Source of the DNA: Takakia lepidozioides
Taxonomy: Eukaryota; Plantae; Bryophyta
Direction of reading: 5' to 3'
Assembly: GCA_030704615.1 (NCBI GenBank)
Contig: CM060731.1
Coordinates: forward strand, 56,668,001 to 56,732,000
DNA length: 64,000 nucleotides
This document shows positions 62,311 through 64,000 of this stretch, in pieces; position 1 is the first letter of the stretch; every line of letters begins with the position of its first letter. The translations under genes were made by a program, and so were the position numbers. The notes under the pieces are model-generated. The model saw only the letters and a list, made by a program, of their open reading frames with translations. It did no database searches and was not told where the DNA came from.

Positions 62311-64000
62311 AGGCCGGCGGCGGGATGGCGGCCACATAAGCAGTATGCATCCACCATCCATGCACGCTATTAATACTTATGCGATAGAATTCTGGTGACC
62401 GCTCAATTTGGAGACGATGGTGAAAAATGTAACGGTGAATTTTGGTCATTTTTACCTCAGGTAAATTTCATAAGGTGTCCCACATATGGGGCAACCTACA
62501 AACTTGGAACTAATTGATTTCATGAATCCTACACAAAGTTGTAGGGTTTCAAAGTCTAAACCAATCAGAATGCTTGTATACACCAAGAGCCCTATGACCA
62601 ATCACACTTTTGGGGGGGTTATATCAAATGATTGTTTGCCAAGTGACAAAAATGGAGAGTCTTGGGACCAGCACTGCATGCTGACAGAAGCGTTAATGGG
62701 GTGTTCGGTCATAGACACCTATTCGGTCATAGGCCAACTTACCCTAGTTTTAGTGTAGCGCAAGAATAGGGTGCCATAGTGCCAAATCATCGTTGCCACA
62801 TCATTGCTGCCATTTGTTCTAAAGCTGCCCAGATTGTCTGAAAAATTAAAATAAAAAATGAAAAGACGTCATCCTGCCACGTCATCAACGTACATTTCTT
62901 TGAAGCTGCCAGGAGTTACTGGAAAAAGAAATGAATTATGAGATTCATTTTTGTCAAATCTTTTCTCCACTCACTCCACTATGGGCCTTGGCCAAACCTC
63001 AACAGACAAACGGCGAAGAGGGAAACTCGCCTACAACCCGGGGATGCCTCCACGTGAGCATGGCCACGTGAGCGTGTGAGCACGTGAGCGCAGCCAGGCT
63101 CACGCCACGTCAGCAGTTCTCGCCACGTTGGTTCACAGGTGTCACGGCACGTCAACAGTCCTCGCCAACATGGTTGACGCCACGTCATTTCCAAATGCAC
63201 AGACCTATAACCGCGGACAAAAGGTAGGTGCCTATTTCCGCAGAATGATTTATTTTTTCCAATCATTGCAGACTACATCTTTAACATCCAACCGACCGAT
63301 TGGATGAATGTAGGACTGTTGGAGGGATGAATATAACATGGATGAGTGCGAACAATGCGAAGGATTCATGAATGCAGGATGGATGAATGTAAAGGGAATG
63401 AGTGCGAACACTACGATGGATTGATGTAGTTTTTTCCCTGAAAGCAATTTCTCACTTTGTTGGATTTCTTATCTTTCAATATCATGTGGGGCCATGTCAA
63501 CCCGTGAATGTAATTAGTCATTCCGTTCGTACTTGGGACAAATGAACAGTCGCAACAAGTCAAAATACTTTTATGAGGATGAAGAAAAGTACATAGAAAC
63601 TTTGAAGGTCAATTTGACTCGGACTCATCATAACATATCCCCGCATCCTCTGCATCCAAGTCCAAAAATTTCATAACTCCGGACCTGGATGTCTACTCCC
63701 GCGTGCAGATCGGGTGATGGAGCCTCAGACATGCAAAGTGTCATTTCTTCTGCATACACAGGAAGCAAAGAACTGGGCAGGGGGCTGTCGAATACGGAAT
63801 CATCCCACATCATGGAGGCTTTTGAAGACCCACAGCTGTCTTTCCTGCAAGGGAGATCCAGAAAATTGGTATAAATAATAAAATCAATTATGCGGGCTAA
63901 CATGTCATCCAAAGACGAATGAAGAAGTCTATGCTCCTTCGCGGCCAATGCAGCTATTCTTCTCTGATACTCGTCCTCGTCGAGAGGCGCCAGCAAAAGG

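Noticed and set aside
62460-62743. MITE with GGTAA..TTACC ends
   Set aside because: Inverted match is too short and the flanks are not duplicated.
63628-63996. 122-aa minus-strand ORF at the window edge
   Set aside because: Truncated by the edge and no recognisable motif.

Overview
Nuclear genome of a non-seed land plant (inferred from very regular PLS-DYW PPR genes, a DNMT3-type methylase and the intron style). Host genes lie at both ends. On the left are two intronless PPR-DYW RNA-editing factors, a Nudix-like gene and a small conserved plant gene. On the right are an exostosin/GT47 glycosyltransferase, a Kdo transferase (KDTA) and an ABRE-driven LEA gene. Between them is a ~29-kb nest of decayed mobile elements (~18.7-47 kb). 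Three items stand out. (1) An intron-containing gene fuses a ParB/Srx-like domain (DGNHR) to a bacterial-type beta-class N4C/N6A DNA methyltransferase fold. It sits next to CACTA remnants, is present in ~1.5 copies, and has a 1.8-kb higher-order array of ~15 long DNA palindromes just upstream of, or within, its 5' part. (2) A Ty3/gypsy retrotransposon carries a DNMT3-like C5 methyltransferase between protease and RT, and its LTR holds a 1-kb CCACTAG array. (3) A 144-bp TG..CA element with a 5-bp TSD consists almost entirely of a tRNA-like Pol III unit. All element copies here are degenerate. Family assignments come from motif recognition, not database searches.
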